Notes: generated from the letters alone by a model not told the origin. 64,000 bases of DNA from Candidatus Saccharimonadota bacterium (GCA_028286285.1 JAQBRV010000002.1:116814-180813); one strand, 5' to 3'; positions 18,562-29,700 are shown, counted from the stretch's first letter. Program-made: numbers and translations.

Positions 18562-18888
18562 TCAGGGTGCATTCCAGCAAAGGAACCCCTCCTGGAAGTC
18601 GGCCGTGCTCTTGAAGACGGGATCCTTGAACCATCTTTTCTCAACGTTGTAGCTCCGGAGGGGATCGAGCGTGTCGAAGACAGCATGAGGCACTTCCTGT
18701 GTGTCGCCGTCGAGGAGTTTGAGGCTGTATGCCCCGTTCTCGGTCGTCAGCTTCTCGCAGACCGTGACCTGTGAGGTGCTCGGAACCGCCATTTGCCAGG
18801 CAAAAGCGAGGGCGATGACCACCCCAGCTAGAGGGAGAACCGTTATTGCGAACTGACGGTCAATCTTGGCCATTTCAGTATTGGACAT
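18562..18888 (-). CDS. Small membrane-anchored hypothetical protein
   Basis: 108-aa ORF with one TM helix (FAITVLPLAGVVIALAFAW), in a locally GC-rich patch flanked by inverted repeats. Confidence 0.45.
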   Translation of the reverse strand: MSNTEMAKIDRQFAITVLPLAGVVIALAFAWQMAVPSTSQVTVCEKLTTENGAYSLKLLDGDTQEVPHAVFDTLDPLRSYNVEKRWFKDPVFKSTADFQEGFLCWNAP

Positions 18889-18999
18889 GTAAAACTCCTG
18901 TCACTTCGGCGGGCGAACGAATACGATGACTTGTCATAATACAACCGCAAGAAAAATCCCTGCAGCGTGTGACAGTTATATTACATAATTAATAATAAG

Positions 19000-19482
19000 T
19001 CAAAACTTGTGGAGGTTTTTGCGGGCGTCACGGTCAAGGTCGCGCTGTTTGATGGTTTGACGTTTATCGTAGTGCTTCTTGCCCTTGCCAAGCGCGATGA
19101 CAAGCTTAATGAAGCGACCGGTGGTGAGAAGTTTGATGGGAACAATGCTCATGCCACCTTGTTTTTGGGCTGCCAGTCCGTCGATTTGTTTACGGCTGGC
19201 GAGAAGTTTGCGCGGTGAGGTATCAATTGAGCGGGCGCCGACTTTCCCCTTTTCGTTGAGTTTCATGCTAAAACTGGCGTTGTTGAGCCACAATTCGTTA
19301 TCTTTAATCGTGACGAACGAGCCTTTCAGTTGGACATGTCCGTCGCGAGCCGCCCGGACTTCGGGGCCGGTCAATGCCACCCCAGCGACGATTTCGTCGC
19401 CAAGTTCATAATCAAAGCGCGCCCTACGGTTAAGGACGGCTTTGTGACTGGTTGAGGGCTTCTTCTTCTGTGCCATAACCAC
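19000..19482 (-). CDS. smpB: SsrA-binding protein
   Basis: 160 aa. NRRARFDYELGDEIVAGVALTGPEV..LKGSFV..ELWL.N..I matches SmpB. Confidence 0.9.
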   Translation of the reverse strand: MVMAQKKKPSTSHKAVLNRRARFDYELGDEIVAGVALTGPEVRAARDGHVQLKGSFVTIKDNELWLNNASFSMKLNEKGKVGARSIDTSPRKLLASRKQIDGLAAQKQGGMSIVPIKLLTTGRFIKLVIALGKGKKHYDKRQTIKQRDLDRDARKNLHKF

Positions 19483-19589
19483 TCTAGTATAGCGTACTCG
19501 ACAAGGGGTTGAATAATGTTAACCATTTGGCTTATGGCAGGGATCACGTATAGTAAAGACATGTCCCAGTTGATTTTCAGGTTCTGCCT

Positions 19590-20414
19590 ATGACCAGCTT
19601 GCCTTATTCTGTTTGGGGAGATACCCATCTTCGTCAGCACACTATGAAAGTTGACGGCTACAACGTCTCGTATTGGGCGAGTGATGTGCGACCTCATCTG
19701 CCGACGATGCTACTTGTTCACGGTATTACCGGCGATCATCACGGCCTCATCCCCCTTGCCCGTGAGCTCTACGCAACTTGTAATATTATCCTGCTTGAAC
19801 TACCGGGTCATGGCAATAGTCAGCTACGAAGCCTCAAGAATGCGCAGGCTTTCCAGGCTTGGTTCGACGCTGCGTTTCAGGTGCTCGCTCAAACTGTTGG
19901 CCTCATCGACTGGGTGGTGGCTCATTCGTTTGGCTGTAGTGCGGTACTAAAAAGTAACCGTGCCAAGATCATCTTGCTCTGCCCCGTCCCAACGCCGAGC
20001 AATCTATACAGCCAGTATGCGCGGATTATCATGCGCCTGGCGCCATTTTGGGCGCTGTTCTATAGCTGGCGGTTATTTGTTCTGCTGCGCGGCAGAGCCC
20101 TTCGAAAAGTCCGCACGCGTGCAGCCCGTCGCCTAGTGCGCTGGGTAGGATTTCAGTCGCGCGCCTCGTATAAACAGATTATCTATCAGGCACGACTGAT
20201 CGACATCATTCTCGACCCCACAGCCTATAGCGATGTGTCTGACCGGGTCAAGCTGGTGATTGCAGGACTGGAAGATACCACCGCGCGAGAGCGAGATAGT
20301 GCCGAGCTTGGGGCTGTCTTTGCTCGCACACCAGTCGAGTTTTTGCGCGGCGGACATCTGCTGCCGATCGAATCACCCGAACGCACCGCCCAGCAGATCC
20401 GACGCATACTGTGA
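19590..20414 (+). CDS. Alpha/beta hydrolase fold protein
   Basis: 274 aa. LLVHGITGDHHG and the nucleophile elbow VAHSFGCS. Confidence 0.7.
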   Translation: MTSLPYSVWGDTHLRQHTMKVDGYNVSYWASDVRPHLPTMLLVHGITGDHHGLIPLARELYATCNIILLELPGHGNSQLRSLKNAQAFQAWFDAAFQVLAQTVGLIDWVVAHSFGCSAVLKSNRAKIILLCPVPTPSNLYSQYARIIMRLAPFWALFYSWRLFVLLRGRALRKVRTRAARRLVRWVGFQSRASYKQIIYQARLIDIILDPTAYSDVSDRVKLVIAGLEDTTARERDSAELGAVFARTPVEFLRGGHLLPIESPERTAQQIRRIL

Positions 20415-20431
20415 TAGAATGAACGTAGTTT

Positions 20432-21454
20432 ATGGCGAATAATATAGTGGTTAATATGGTGTCCGAAAGTGATATCTCGGTCCAGGGTCATGGGGTTCAT
20501 ACGTCCTACGATGAGATCGCCTCTGCACTCGAGGCGCGTGGTGATGTGACGGTTATCAGAGGTGATTTTGGTCACCAAACCGACTGTGATGTCGTGCATT
20601 TTCATACCATCGGGCCGCGCACGTGGCGCAAGCTTCTCCAAAGAGGCCCGAAAAAAGTCGTGACCGCCCATGTTGTACCCGATTCGTTCGTGGGTTCGAT
20701 CATCTTGGCAAAATATTGGCTGTTTGCCGCTCGGTGGTACATGCGCTGGTATTATAATCGAGCCGATAAAGTCCTAGCTGTTTCGGGTATGGTAGCGGAT
20801 ACTCTGCACGATGAATTGCATGTTCCCAAGGCGAAGATCGTGACTATGTACAATACGATCGACATGTCGCGCTATCACCCGACCGCTACGAGCAAAGTGG
20901 CGGCACGTCAGGAGCTTCGGATCGATCCAGACGCGTTTGTGGTGCTTGGCAACGGCCAAGTCCAGCCTCGCAAACGCCTCGATGTGTTTGTGGCGATGGC
21001 TCAGTCACTGCCCGACGTGCAGTTTATATGGGTTGGTGGGATTCCATTCAAACAACTTGGCGCCGATTTTAAAAGTATGGACAAGTTGATGCATGCGTTG
21101 CCGTCAAATATGCGTATAACTGGTGTTATTCCTCATCGGGACGTCAAACACTATATGCAAGCGGCGGATTTGTTTTGCTTGCCAGCCGATCAGGAAAACC
21201 ACCCGATGTGTGTCTTAGAGGCGGCCAGCGCTGAGCTACCAATCATCCTGCGGGATATCCCAGAATACGACGATACTTTCGGCAACAACGTCGTGCGCTG
21301 CGCGACTAACGCAGCCTTTATTGCGGCTGTTACAGATCTGCGCCAGCCAGTCCAGCAAGACAGGTGGCGCCTTAAAACTAAGAAGATTGCCCAGACATTT
21401 GATAGCCAAACCGCCGCCGACGAACTTATGCGGCTCTACCGTAGTCTGGTATAA
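20432..21454 (+). CDS. Glycosyltransferase family 4-like
   Basis: 340 aa. GT-B layout, with the C-terminal E..P..LEA motif region (FCLPADQENHPMCVLEAASAELPII). Confidence 0.7.
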   Translation: MANNIVVNMVSESDISVQGHGVHTSYDEIASALEARGDVTVIRGDFGHQTDCDVVHFHTIGPRTWRKLLQRGPKKVVTAHVVPDSFVGSIILAKYWLFAARWYMRWYYNRADKVLAVSGMVADTLHDELHVPKAKIVTMYNTIDMSRYHPTATSKVAARQELRIDPDAFVVLGNGQVQPRKRLDVFVAMAQSLPDVQFIWVGGIPFKQLGADFKSMDKLMHALPSNMRITGVIPHRDVKHYMQAADLFCLPADQENHPMCVLEAASAELPIILRDIPEYDDTFGNNVVRCATNAAFIAAVTDLRQPVQQDRWRLKTKKIAQTFDSQTAADELMRLYRSLV

Positions 21455-21463
21455 TGGATCTCA

Positions 21464-22759
21464 ATGCGTATTGGCCTTTTTACTGATACTTACCGCCCGT
21501 CGATTAACGGCATTGTCTTTGTTGTCGAATCACTCAAAAAACACCTCGAAGCCGAAGGTCATGAGGTGTTTATTTTTTGTCCGGCGCGCTCCATTCGGCG
21601 CTCTCAGCATGCTCTGACGTTTGAAGAAGACGAACACGTCATCCGGTTCCCGAGTATCAAGGGTGCTTTTTATGATGATTACGATACCAGCTTGTTTTTT
21701 CCGCCACGCGTTTTGTCGCAGGTGCGTGAACTTGATCTCGATGTGATCCATTTCTTTACGCCTGGCCAAGTCGGCATGATGGGTGTCTACGCTGCATTTA
21801 AAACCAACACACCGCTGATTGCCCAGCACTGTACCGACCTGCGCGAATACGTCGAACACTACCGCGATGGCCTGCTACTGCCCGGTATGTTGGCGCTTGT
21901 CGCGCTCCTTCCCTTCACGATGAAAGTGAACGGCAAAGACATCCGCGAGATTATGCGACTCTATCGGCCGCGTCGTGGTCGCGTGCAGTGGAATATTGAT
22001 ATTGTCGAAAAAATGGTGACACTGGTCTACAGCAAATGTGATGGCGTGATTGCACTGAGTCGCAAAAGTAAGTCGCAACTCGAAAGTTGGCAAACGGACG
22101 AGAATTACCGATACGAAGTGACGTTGATGCCAAATGGTGTCGATCCATTGCCAGTTGCCAAGAAAAAACAAATCGCCGAGTTTCACGATATCTATAACAT
22201 CGCACCCGATGATGAAGTAATTGGGTTTGTTGGCCGACTGGGAGCCGAAAAGAATCTGGCGACCTTGATTCCGATGATTGAACGTGTCGTGGCTCAGCGA
22301 CCTAAAGCCCGCTTGTTATTCGTCGGCGACTTTGAGTACCGCGCCACACTGGAAAAACTTGCCCACGGCTCATCATGCCCTAACCGAATCACCTTTACTG
22401 GTGCCTTGCCGCGCGAAACCCTTGGCTTGGCCTATGGTAGTATGAGTATCTTTGTTCACCCGTCGCTAACCGATACTCAGGGATGGGTTATTCACGAAGC
22501 AGCCCTATCTGGACTCCCATTGGTATTGGTGGACACGGAACTGTCTGAAGTACTCGAACCCGGACGCAATGGTCTGTATGCTAATAATGATCCGGCCGAC
22601 ATCGCCTCGCGCATCCTGGAGTTGCTCGAAGACGACGCGAAGCGGCAAACATTTGGCGAAGAGAGCAAGAAACTAGCCAAACGTTTTACCGAACAAGGCC
22701 AGGTTCAGAAACTCGCCGTATTCTACAAGCAAGCCATCACCAGGCATCAACAGAAGTAA
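21464..22759 (+). CDS. Glycosyltransferase family 4-like
   Basis: 431 aa. MRIGLFTDTYRPSINGIV N-terminus and FVHPSLTDTQGWVIHEAALSGLPLV motif. Confidence 0.8.
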   Translation: MRIGLFTDTYRPSINGIVFVVESLKKHLEAEGHEVFIFCPARSIRRSQHALTFEEDEHVIRFPSIKGAFYDDYDTSLFFPPRVLSQVRELDLDVIHFFTPGQVGMMGVYAAFKTNTPLIAQHCTDLREYVEHYRDGLLLPGMLALVALLPFTMKVNGKDIREIMRLYRPRRGRVQWNIDIVEKMVTLVYSKCDGVIALSRKSKSQLESWQTDENYRYEVTLMPNGVDPLPVAKKKQIAEFHDIYNIAPDDEVIGFVGRLGAEKNLATLIPMIERVVAQRPKARLLFVGDFEYRATLEKLAHGSSCPNRITFTGALPRETLGLAYGSMSIFVHPSLTDTQGWVIHEAALSGLPLVLVDTELSEVLEPGRNGLYANNDPADIASRILELLEDDAKRQTFGEESKKLAKRFTEQGQVQKLAVFYKQAITRHQQK

Positions 22760-22780
22760 AGCTGTTATACTCGTACAGAT

Positions 22781-24418
22781 ATGATTGCTGATATTACTGT
22801 CACGGAAAAAAGTTTTGGTCCCAAGATGCTTATGAGCGGGATCAAATTTTCAATTGATGACGCCGAGAAAGTCGGTGTGATTGGTCGCAACGGTGTTGGC
22901 AAATCGACACTATTCGGTATTTTAGCTGGCGAGGATAAAGATTTCACCGGTGAGATTATTTACAAACGCGGTACCGTGGTAGTGGCGACACAACAAGAGC
23001 ACCATGAGCTGGGCGACACCACTGTGTTGCAATACGTGCTTGCTGGCTTGCCGGAATACGCCGACCTGTCGCATATTATCGAGACCTATCCCGAAACCAT
23101 GGGCGACGACATGAAGCTGATCAATGCATACACTGATGCCCTGCAGCGTTTCGACGACAAAGGCTTTTACCAGATCGAAGAGCAGATTGAGCGCGAGTTG
23201 GATAATTTCCAGCTGCCTGGTATCGCCCACCGCCCGTTTACTTCCCTCTCGGGTGGCCAGAAACGTCTGGTTGAAGTAGTAAAAGTCATGCACTCTGATG
23301 CGCATTTGGCGCTTGTCGACGAACCGACGAACCACATGGACTATGTGGCAAAAGCGCAGTTTATCGACTGGATGCAAGGCGCCCGTGAAGCTATGCTGGT
23401 GATTACCCACGACCGTGATGTACTGCGCGAAGTCGATCGCATCATTGAGCTTAAAGACGGAGCCTGCGTCAGCTACAAGGGTAACTATGATGCCTATCTC
23501 AAACAAAATGCCGTCTCGACTGGCAGTCAAATGAATGAGTTTGAAATGGTTGAAAAACGCATTGCCAATCTGAAAGTCAAAGTGATCGATTACCAGCGCC
23601 TTAAAGAAAAATCTCGCAATCCCGGTACTATCCAGAAGTTTAAACGTCTGGAAGAAAATAGCCGTAAGGAACTGATGGAGCTGCAAGCCAAAGAAAAACC
23701 GACCTTCTGGATCGATAAAGAATCGGTCGAGAATCTCAACTACAAAGTTGCTTCGCAGTACGATAAATTCAAAGCCAAGAATATTCGCATGAATCTTAAA
23801 AATGACGACAGTCGCAGCAAGCATATTATCGTCAGTGCCCGTGAGTTGTCACTTGGCTACGATACGCCGCTGTTTGATAAGGTCACGATTGATCTGCGTG
23901 AGGGCGAAGCTTTGGAACTCCGTGGTCGTAACGGTGCGGGTAAAACCACCGTTATTAAGTCGTTGCTCGGTGATTCGTCTGCCACTGTCTTTAGCGGCGA
24001 GATGTCGCTCGATAAAAACGTCCGCGTTGGTATTTACGAACAAGAAGTATCGTCGCAGTACTTCGAGCTCTCATTAACTGATGCGATCGAGCGCATGTAC
24101 TTAGATAAAGACCTATCAATCAGCAACACTAAAGTACGTAACCTCCTGAGCGACTATCTCTTTACTGAAGGTGATGGTAAAACGCCGATCAACCGCCTGT
24201 CTGGTGGTCAGAAAGCTCGTTTCCAAGTGATTTCGATGCTGGCCAACGACCCGCAGTTATTGATCCTCGATGAGCCAACCAATCACCTCGATCTTCCAAG
24301 TATTGAAGAACTCGAAACTGCTCTGAAAAAGTATTCAGGCGCCATTTTATATGTCAGTCACGACGGCTACTTCCAAAATTCCATCGGTGGCGAAGTTGTT
24401 CAAATCGGCAGTCGATAA
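22781..24418 (+). CDS. ABC-F family ATPase (two ABC cassettes, no TM domain)
   Basis: 545 aa. GRNGVGKST / LSGGQKRL / LVDEPTNHMD, then GRNGAGKTT / LSGGQKAR / ILDEPTNHLD, with a charged linker between the two cassettes. Confidence 0.9.
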   Translation: MIADITVTEKSFGPKMLMSGIKFSIDDAEKVGVIGRNGVGKSTLFGILAGEDKDFTGEIIYKRGTVVVATQQEHHELGDTTVLQYVLAGLPEYADLSHIIETYPETMGDDMKLINAYTDALQRFDDKGFYQIEEQIERELDNFQLPGIAHRPFTSLSGGQKRLVEVVKVMHSDAHLALVDEPTNHMDYVAKAQFIDWMQGAREAMLVITHDRDVLREVDRIIELKDGACVSYKGNYDAYLKQNAVSTGSQMNEFEMVEKRIANLKVKVIDYQRLKEKSRNPGTIQKFKRLEENSRKELMELQAKEKPTFWIDKESVENLNYKVASQYDKFKAKNIRMNLKNDDSRSKHIIVSARELSLGYDTPLFDKVTIDLREGEALELRGRNGAGKTTVIKSLLGDSSATVFSGEMSLDKNVRVGIYEQEVSSQYFELSLTDAIERMYLDKDLSISNTKVRNLLSDYLFTEGDGKTPINRLSGGQKARFQVISMLANDPQLLILDEPTNHLDLPSIEELETALKKYSGAILYVSHDGYFQNSIGGEVVQIGSR

Positions 24419-24467
24419 GAAAGAACGCTACTGATAAATTTGTGTCCAGATCTTTCGGGGCAAAATG

Positions 24468-24743
24468 TTAAGCAGTTGCTTTAATGCCGTGAGAGTCCAT
24501 GGCCGCTTGTAGTTTCGGGCGGTCAAAGCCGAGGATGATATCACCAGCCACATCGGTGACAGGGACGCCCTGGAAGTTGCCACCGAGCTTGCTCATTAGT
24601 TCGTCGTGGGCATCTTCGTCTTCTTCAATATTCTTTGAAATATAGGAAATACCGAGGTGATCGAGCCACTGCTTCTCGGTTTTACAAAATGCGCACCAGG
24701 TCGTGCTGTAAATAGTAATCTGTGGTGTTGCTGTGTCGCTCAT
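24468..24743 (-). CDS. Glutaredoxin/NrdH-like redoxin
   Basis: 91 aa. ITIYSTTWCAFCKTEKQWL (CxxC) and GVPVT. Confidence 0.75.
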   Translation of the reverse strand: MSDTATPQITIYSTTWCAFCKTEKQWLDHLGISYISKNIEEDEDAHDELMSKLGGNFQGVPVTDVAGDIILGFDRPKLQAAMDSHGIKATA

Positions 24744-24778
24744 GCTAAGTTAATTCCCCTTCTTATTTACTATACATT

Positions 24779-24991
24779 TTATACTAAAGGCTTCTGGCGT
24801 GTCAAATGCCAACCGCCGCATAGTTCGCATTTATATACATCGAGCTCAAGCTCGGGTTTTATGAGCATTTGGTATTCGGCCGCGTCCCGAGCTTTCTTTT
24901 CAGTATCAAAGCGGCGCTTTTGGTCGCAATTAGATGCGAAACGAAATGGATGGTGGGGTGTGGATTTGGTGCGTCGTGGCATGCTTTGCAA
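24779..24991 (-). CDS. Small basic protein with C-terminal CxxC..WH knuckle
   Basis: 70 aa ending VYKCELCGGWHLTRQ. Function unknown. Confidence 0.5.
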   Translation of the reverse strand: MQSMPRRTKSTPHHPFRFASNCDQKRRFDTEKKARDAAEYQMLIKPELELDVYKCELCGGWHLTRQKPLV

Positions 24992-25023
24992 AAGCCTCTT
25001 TCTCTGTTACAGTATATAGGTAG

Positions 25024-25278
25024 ATGAGCACATCACCAAACAAACGTGATGCCCCGACACCGCCGGATAAATCGACGGTCGTTTTATTGCTCGGTGACAT
25101 AGCGGATACTACCTGGCGCATGTTTGTGCCAACAATTGGCAGTATCGGTCTCGGCTTCTGGGCAGATTACAGCTGGGGTACTGAGCCATGGCTCACCATT
25201 GCCGGAATCGTCGTGGGTATCGGCGCGACGGCGCTTCTCATTAAACAACAATTTCAGAAAGTAAAGAATGATAACTAA
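25024..25278 (+). CDS. AtpZ/AtpI-like small membrane protein
   Basis: 84 aa with two TM helices, immediately upstream of and overlapping atpB. Confidence 0.65.
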   Translation: MSTSPNKRDAPTPPDKSTVVLLLGDIADTTWRMFVPTIGSIGLGFWADYSWGTEPWLTIAGIVVGIGATALLIKQQFQKVKNDN

Positions 25279-26101
25279 TTTTGCCTCCACAATTGAGATC
25301 AGTGTTGCCTCACAACCTGTGTTTACTGTGGCCGGCTTCCCGATTACCAATACTCTCCTGACGGGCTTCGTCAGTACCCTGGCCATGTTGGGTGTTTTCG
25401 CCTATGTGATACGCAAGGTAAAGCGCGGCGAGTACAACCGTTTTGTCGGCTTAGTTCAGTGGGCTTTTGAGGGTATGCTTGGCCAAATTGAGAGTGTCAT
25501 CCCCGATAAGAAACTGGCGCGGAAGATTATGCCGCTGGCTCTTTCGATCTTCTTCATTATGCTTGCTAGCTACTGGATGAGTGTCCTACCTGGACTTGAT
25601 TCGATAAAATACCATGGCGTACCGGTGATCCGTTCGTTGGCCTCAGATTTGAATTTCACTCTGGTCGTCTCGATGATTGTATTCGTCGTAGTGCAATTTT
25701 TAGCACTGCAGGCTCATGGGCCGATTGGTAACGCCAAGCGTTATCTTCGCAATCCCATCAAGGATCCGATCGGTAGTTTCGAAGGCATTCTGGAATTGAT
25801 CGGCGAAGTCTCGCGCTACTCTGCCCTGGCCGTACGTATGTTCGGTAACTGTTTTGCGGGTGAAATCCTGTTGATTATCATTGCGGTGCTCACTAGCTAT
25901 GTGTCAGTCGCTATGTTGCCGCTCTTCATGGTGTTTGAGCTATTCATCGGCTTTGTACAGGCGTACGTATTCTTTATACTGACTGTTATTTTCACGTCGC
26001 TCGCGGTTGAAGTCCATGGCGATTCACATTCTTCTGATCATTCTCCTGCTGCTGAACCAATCGGAAAAAGCGGTGCGCCCGGAAGCGCAGAGATGGTATA
26101 A
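25268..26101 (+). CDS. atpB: F-type ATP synthase subunit a
   Basis: 277 aa, multi-TM. Contains LAVRMFGNCFAGE (the conserved Arg region of subunit a). Confidence 0.9.
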   Translation: MITNFASTIEISVASQPVFTVAGFPITNTLLTGFVSTLAMLGVFAYVIRKVKRGEYNRFVGLVQWAFEGMLGQIESVIPDKKLARKIMPLALSIFFIMLASYWMSVLPGLDSIKYHGVPVIRSLASDLNFTLVVSMIVFVVVQFLALQAHGPIGNAKRYLRNPIKDPIGSFEGILELIGEVSRYSALAVRMFGNCFAGEILLIIIAVLTSYVSVAMLPLFMVFELFIGFVQAYVFFILTVIFTSLAVEVHGDSHSSDHSPAAEPIGKSGAPGSAEMV

Positions 26102-26130
26102 TGATAGTAATAAATCGAAGGAGTAAATAA

Positions 26131-26346
26131 ATGGAACAATTAGCATTTGTCCTCGCGTATGCCTTGCCTGCGCTTGGTGCAGCAGTCGGTATTGGTGTAA
26201 TCGGTGGCGGCGCGCTTGGCGCGTTTGGTCGTAATCCAGAGCAACTCGGTCAAATCCGTACGTTGATGATTACCGCTATCGTCTTTGCCGACTCACTGGC
26301 TATTATTGGTATCGTGGTAGCATTTATCGCAAAAGCGGTAGCGTAA
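26131..26346 (+). CDS. atpE: F-type ATP synthase subunit c
   Basis: 71 aa hairpin protein. GRNPE loop and a carboxylate in helix 2 (IVFADSLAI). Confidence 0.9.
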   Translation: MEQLAFVLAYALPALGAAVGIGVIGGGALGAFGRNPEQLGQIRTLMITAIVFADSLAIIGIVVAFIAKAVA

Positions 26347-26353
26347 GGGGTAT

Positions 26354-26899
26354 ATGACGGGATCGTTATTTAATTTTGCCGCTGAACCTGTCGCCGCTAA
26401 GGCCGATATGTTTACAGCGCTCGGTATCGATTGGCAAATGCTGATTTTTCAGGGTTTAGCTTTTTTGGTATTGGTATGGATTCTGGCAAAGTTTGTGTTT
26501 CCACCACTCCTAAAGGCAGTCGATGACCGTCAAGCAGTTATTGAAGAAGGCACCAAAGCAGCAGTTGAGGCCGAAAAGAAAGCCGAAAGTGCTGAAGCCA
26601 AAATTGAGGCAACGCTGAAAAAAGCTCGTCTCGAAGCAGCCGACATCGTCACGACGGCCAAGAATGAAGCCACTGCGGCGATTGAAAAGGCTGAGACGCA
26701 GGCCAAAGCTCGTGCCGAACGCATTGTCAGCGAAGCACACGAAGACATCAGTAAAGAAGTGTTAGCAGCCCGCACGACGCTCAAAAAAGATACCTTGAAG
26801 TTTGTAAAACAGGCAGCAGAAGCAGCATCTGGTCACGTGGCTGATGATAAATTCGACGCCGCGCTGGTGAAAAAATCTATCCAGGAGACTTCGAGCTAG
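26354..26899 (+). CDS. atpF: F-type ATP synthase subunit b
   Basis: 181 aa. Single TM helix followed by a long A/E/K-rich helix. Operon position fits. Confidence 0.85.
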   Translation: MTGSLFNFAAEPVAAKADMFTALGIDWQMLIFQGLAFLVLVWILAKFVFPPLLKAVDDRQAVIEEGTKAAVEAEKKAESAEAKIEATLKKARLEAADIVTTAKNEATAAIEKAETQAKARAERIVSEAHEDISKEVLAARTTLKKDTLKFVKQAAEAASGHVADDKFDAALVKKSIQETSS

Positions 26900-26900
26900 T

Positions 26901-27290
26901 ATGACAAAGATTTCCAGGCGTAAATTAGCTCAGCACGCCGCGTCTCGGCTTGCGAGTGGTGACAAAGCCGGTGATGTCATGCGCGAGCTCGGCGCCTATC
27001 TCATCGAGAGCCGCCGTCAGCGCGAGCTGGAGCTTATTGTGCGCGATATCGAGACTGCCCTGCTTGGTAAAGGCATCGCAATCGCGAATACTACGTCGGC
27101 CAGGACTCTTTCCGAGACGGCAAAACGTGATATCACGGATATGATTAAGGCCAACTACAGCGGGGTATCACAGGTACTGCTGCGTGAGCAGATCGATCCT
27201 AGCGTGATCGGCGGTGTTAAGATCGAACTTCCCGACCGCCAACTCGACGCCACCGTACGAACTAAACTTGAAAAATTGACGCTAAGCTAA
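26901..27290 (+). CDS. atpH: F-type ATP synthase subunit delta (short form)
   Basis: 129 aa. The C-terminus [29 protein letters not shown] matches the OSCP/delta C-terminal domain. The N-terminal domain looks shortened. Confidence 0.75.
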   Translation: MTKISRRKLAQHAASRLASGDKAGDVMRELGAYLIESRRQRELELIVRDIETALLGKGIAIANTTSARTLSETAKRDITDMIKANYSGVSQVLLREQIDPSVIGGVKIELPDRQLDATVRTKLEKLTLS

Positions 27291-27303
27291 GCAAAGGAAC
27301 CAA

Positions 27304-28830
27304 ATGGCAGCTATAGAAATTACAGAACTATCAAAAGAACTCGAACAAGCCATTGCAGGCCTTGAGAAAAATGAAGGCTTAAAAGATGCCGGTATCGTTA
27401 TTCGCGTCGGTGACGGCGTGGCATGGGTGCACGGGCTTTCCGGTGCTGGTTATAGCGAAGTCCTGGAAATCGACACCAAAAATGGTGTGGTTGAAGCCTT
27501 TACGCTGAACCTCATGGAAGACGAAATCGGTGCCGTGATTTTGGGTGATGACAGCAAAGTCGCCGCTGGCGACACGGTTCGCTTAAAAGGCGTCGTATTG
27601 GAAGTTCCGGTCGGCCCAGAACTCCTCGGCCGCGTGGTTGATCCACTCGGTAACCCACTTGATGGTGGCCCAGCGATCAAAACCAAGCTGACTGGTCCGG
27701 TTGAGCGCGAAGCAATCGGCGTGATGGGTCGAAAATCGGTTCATGAACCACTGATGACTGGCATTATGGCGATCGACGCCATGTTTCCGATTGGTCGTGG
27801 TCAGCGCGAGCTGATTATTGGTGACCGCCAAACTGGTAAGACGGCGATTACTATCGATACCATGATCAACCAAGCCAAACAAAAGACTGGCGTGGTCAAC
27901 ATTTACGTCGCGATTGGCCAAAAACTATCGAAGGTCGCTCGACTCGTGGAGCGTCTGAAGCAAGAAGGCGTCATGGAACAAACGATCGTCGTGGCGACGG
28001 GTCCGTCTGACTCTGCCTCACTACTCTACCTGGCGCCGTACGCCGGGACTGCCATGGGTGAATATTTCCGTGATAACAAACAACATGCGCTCATGATTTA
28101 CGATGACTTGACCAAGCATGCTGTGGCCTACCGTCAAATGTCACTACTGCTACGTCGTCCACCAGGCCGCGAAGCCTTCCCTGGTGACGTTTTCTACCTG
28201 CACTCTCGCCTGCTGGAGCGCTCCGCGAAACTATCCGACGACCTCGGTGCCGGTAGCTTGACTGCCCTGCCGATCATTGAAACCCAAGCCGGCGACATTT
28301 CGGCCTACATCCCGACTAATGTAATTTCGATTACCGATGGTCAGATCTTCATGGAAACAGACCTGTTCTACCAGGGTATCCGCCCGGCGATCTCGGCTGG
28401 TCTATCGGTCTCACGTGTCGGTGGTGCGGCGCAAACCAAAGCCGTTAAAGGCGTTTCAAGCCACCTCAAGCTTGGCCTGTCACAGTTCCGCGAAATGGCC
28501 AGCTTTGCCCAGTTCGGGAGTGACCTCGACGAAGCCACTAAGTCACAAATTGACCGTGGTCAACGCTTGACTGAACTGCTCAAACAGCACCAATACCAGC
28601 CAATGAGTATTTGGGAGCAAGTTGCCTCTATCTTTGCTGTTTCAGAAGGTCTGTTCGATAAAGTTGCTGTCGCCAAGATTAAAGACGCCCAAGCTGCCCT
28701 GTTGACTAAGCTCTGGACCGATCACAAGGCGGAAATGAAAGAGCTTTCCAGGGGCGACAAGATGGCTGAAGCCACTGAAAAGATGATTAGAAAAGCTGGC
28801 GAAAGCGCCGCGAAGGGTTTTGAAGGCTAG
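27304..28830 (+). CDS. atpA: F-type ATP synthase subunit alpha
   Basis: 508 aa. GDRQTGKT P-loop and the conserved ITDGQIF. Confidence 0.95.
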   Translation: MAAIEITELSKELEQAIAGLEKNEGLKDAGIVIRVGDGVAWVHGLSGAGYSEVLEIDTKNGVVEAFTLNLMEDEIGAVILGDDSKVAAGDTVRLKGVVLEVPVGPELLGRVVDPLGNPLDGGPAIKTKLTGPVEREAIGVMGRKSVHEPLMTGIMAIDAMFPIGRGQRELIIGDRQTGKTAITIDTMINQAKQKTGVVNIYVAIGQKLSKVARLVERLKQEGVMEQTIVVATGPSDSASLLYLAPYAGTAMGEYFRDNKQHALMIYDDLTKHAVAYRQMSLLLRRPPGREAFPGDVFYLHSRLLERSAKLSDDLGAGSLTALPIIETQAGDISAYIPTNVISITDGQIFMETDLFYQGIRPAISAGLSVSRVGGAAQTKAVKGVSSHLKLGLSQFREMASFAQFGSDLDEATKSQIDRGQRLTELLKQHQYQPMSIWEQVASIFAVSEGLFDKVAVAKIKDAQAALLTKLWTDHKAEMKELSRGDKMAEATEKMIRKAGESAAKGFEG

Positions 28831-28837
28831 CTAATTT

Positions 28838-29700
28838 ATGGCGTCACAACAGCAACTTAAATCTCGTATTCGCTCCGTCAAATCGACGAAGCAGATTACC
28901 AAGGCCATGCAAATGGTGGCAGCGAGTAAGATGCGTCGAGCGCAGGAAGCGACTAAAGCGACTGCTCCGTATACGCAGACCGCTCGTGAGATTTTGGCGC
29001 ATTTAGCTAAACAAGGTGCGACTAAAAACCACCCGTTGTTCGATGCTCGCCCAGTCAAAAAGCGCCTGCTGATCGTGATTGCCAGCGATAAGGGCTTGGC
29101 TGGTGCTTACAATAGTAACGTTGCGAAGATATACCTCCGAGAGCTTATCAACGATGATAAAGAGGGCGTAAAATCGAGCTCAATCGCGGTTGGTCGCAAA
29201 GTCACCCAATTTGTGACCCGCCTCAAAGACGCCGAACTTGTCGGAGCGTATGAAGATCTACCAGATGCACTCGAAGGTCACGAACTCCGTTCGGTTCTCG
29301 ACACAGCCTACGATAAATTTGTTGCGAAAGAAATTGATGCCGTCGACGTGGTTTATACCGAATTCGTCAGTAGTTTGACGCAAACGGCACAAGTGGAGCG
29401 GCTACTGCCGGCTGGAAGCATCGACGAGCCGCTGAATGAAGCGATTCGCGAAGCAACCTTTGAACCAGACACCGATGTCGTACTACAAAGTGTCGTGTAT
29501 CGTCTGATCGGCGCGCAGCTATTTCAAGCCCTGCTCGACGCACGCGCTAGTGAACACAGCATGCGTATGCTGGCCATGAAAAATGCCACCGACAATGCCA
29601 GTGATTTGATCGATGATCTAACGCTCGAAATGAACAAAGCCCGCCAAGCGGCGATTACCCAGGAGCTGGCTGAAATCAGCGGCGGCTCGGAGGCAATGAA

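Noticed and set aside
22922-23824. 300-aa minus-strand ORF, plus similar long antisense ORFs (for example 29750-30391, 8020-8526, 62943-63455, 45297-45641).
   Set aside because: They lie entirely antisense to strongly supported conserved genes (ABC-F, atpD, gltX, the P-type ATPase, the MFS transporter) and have odd, low-complexity composition. They are shadow ORFs.
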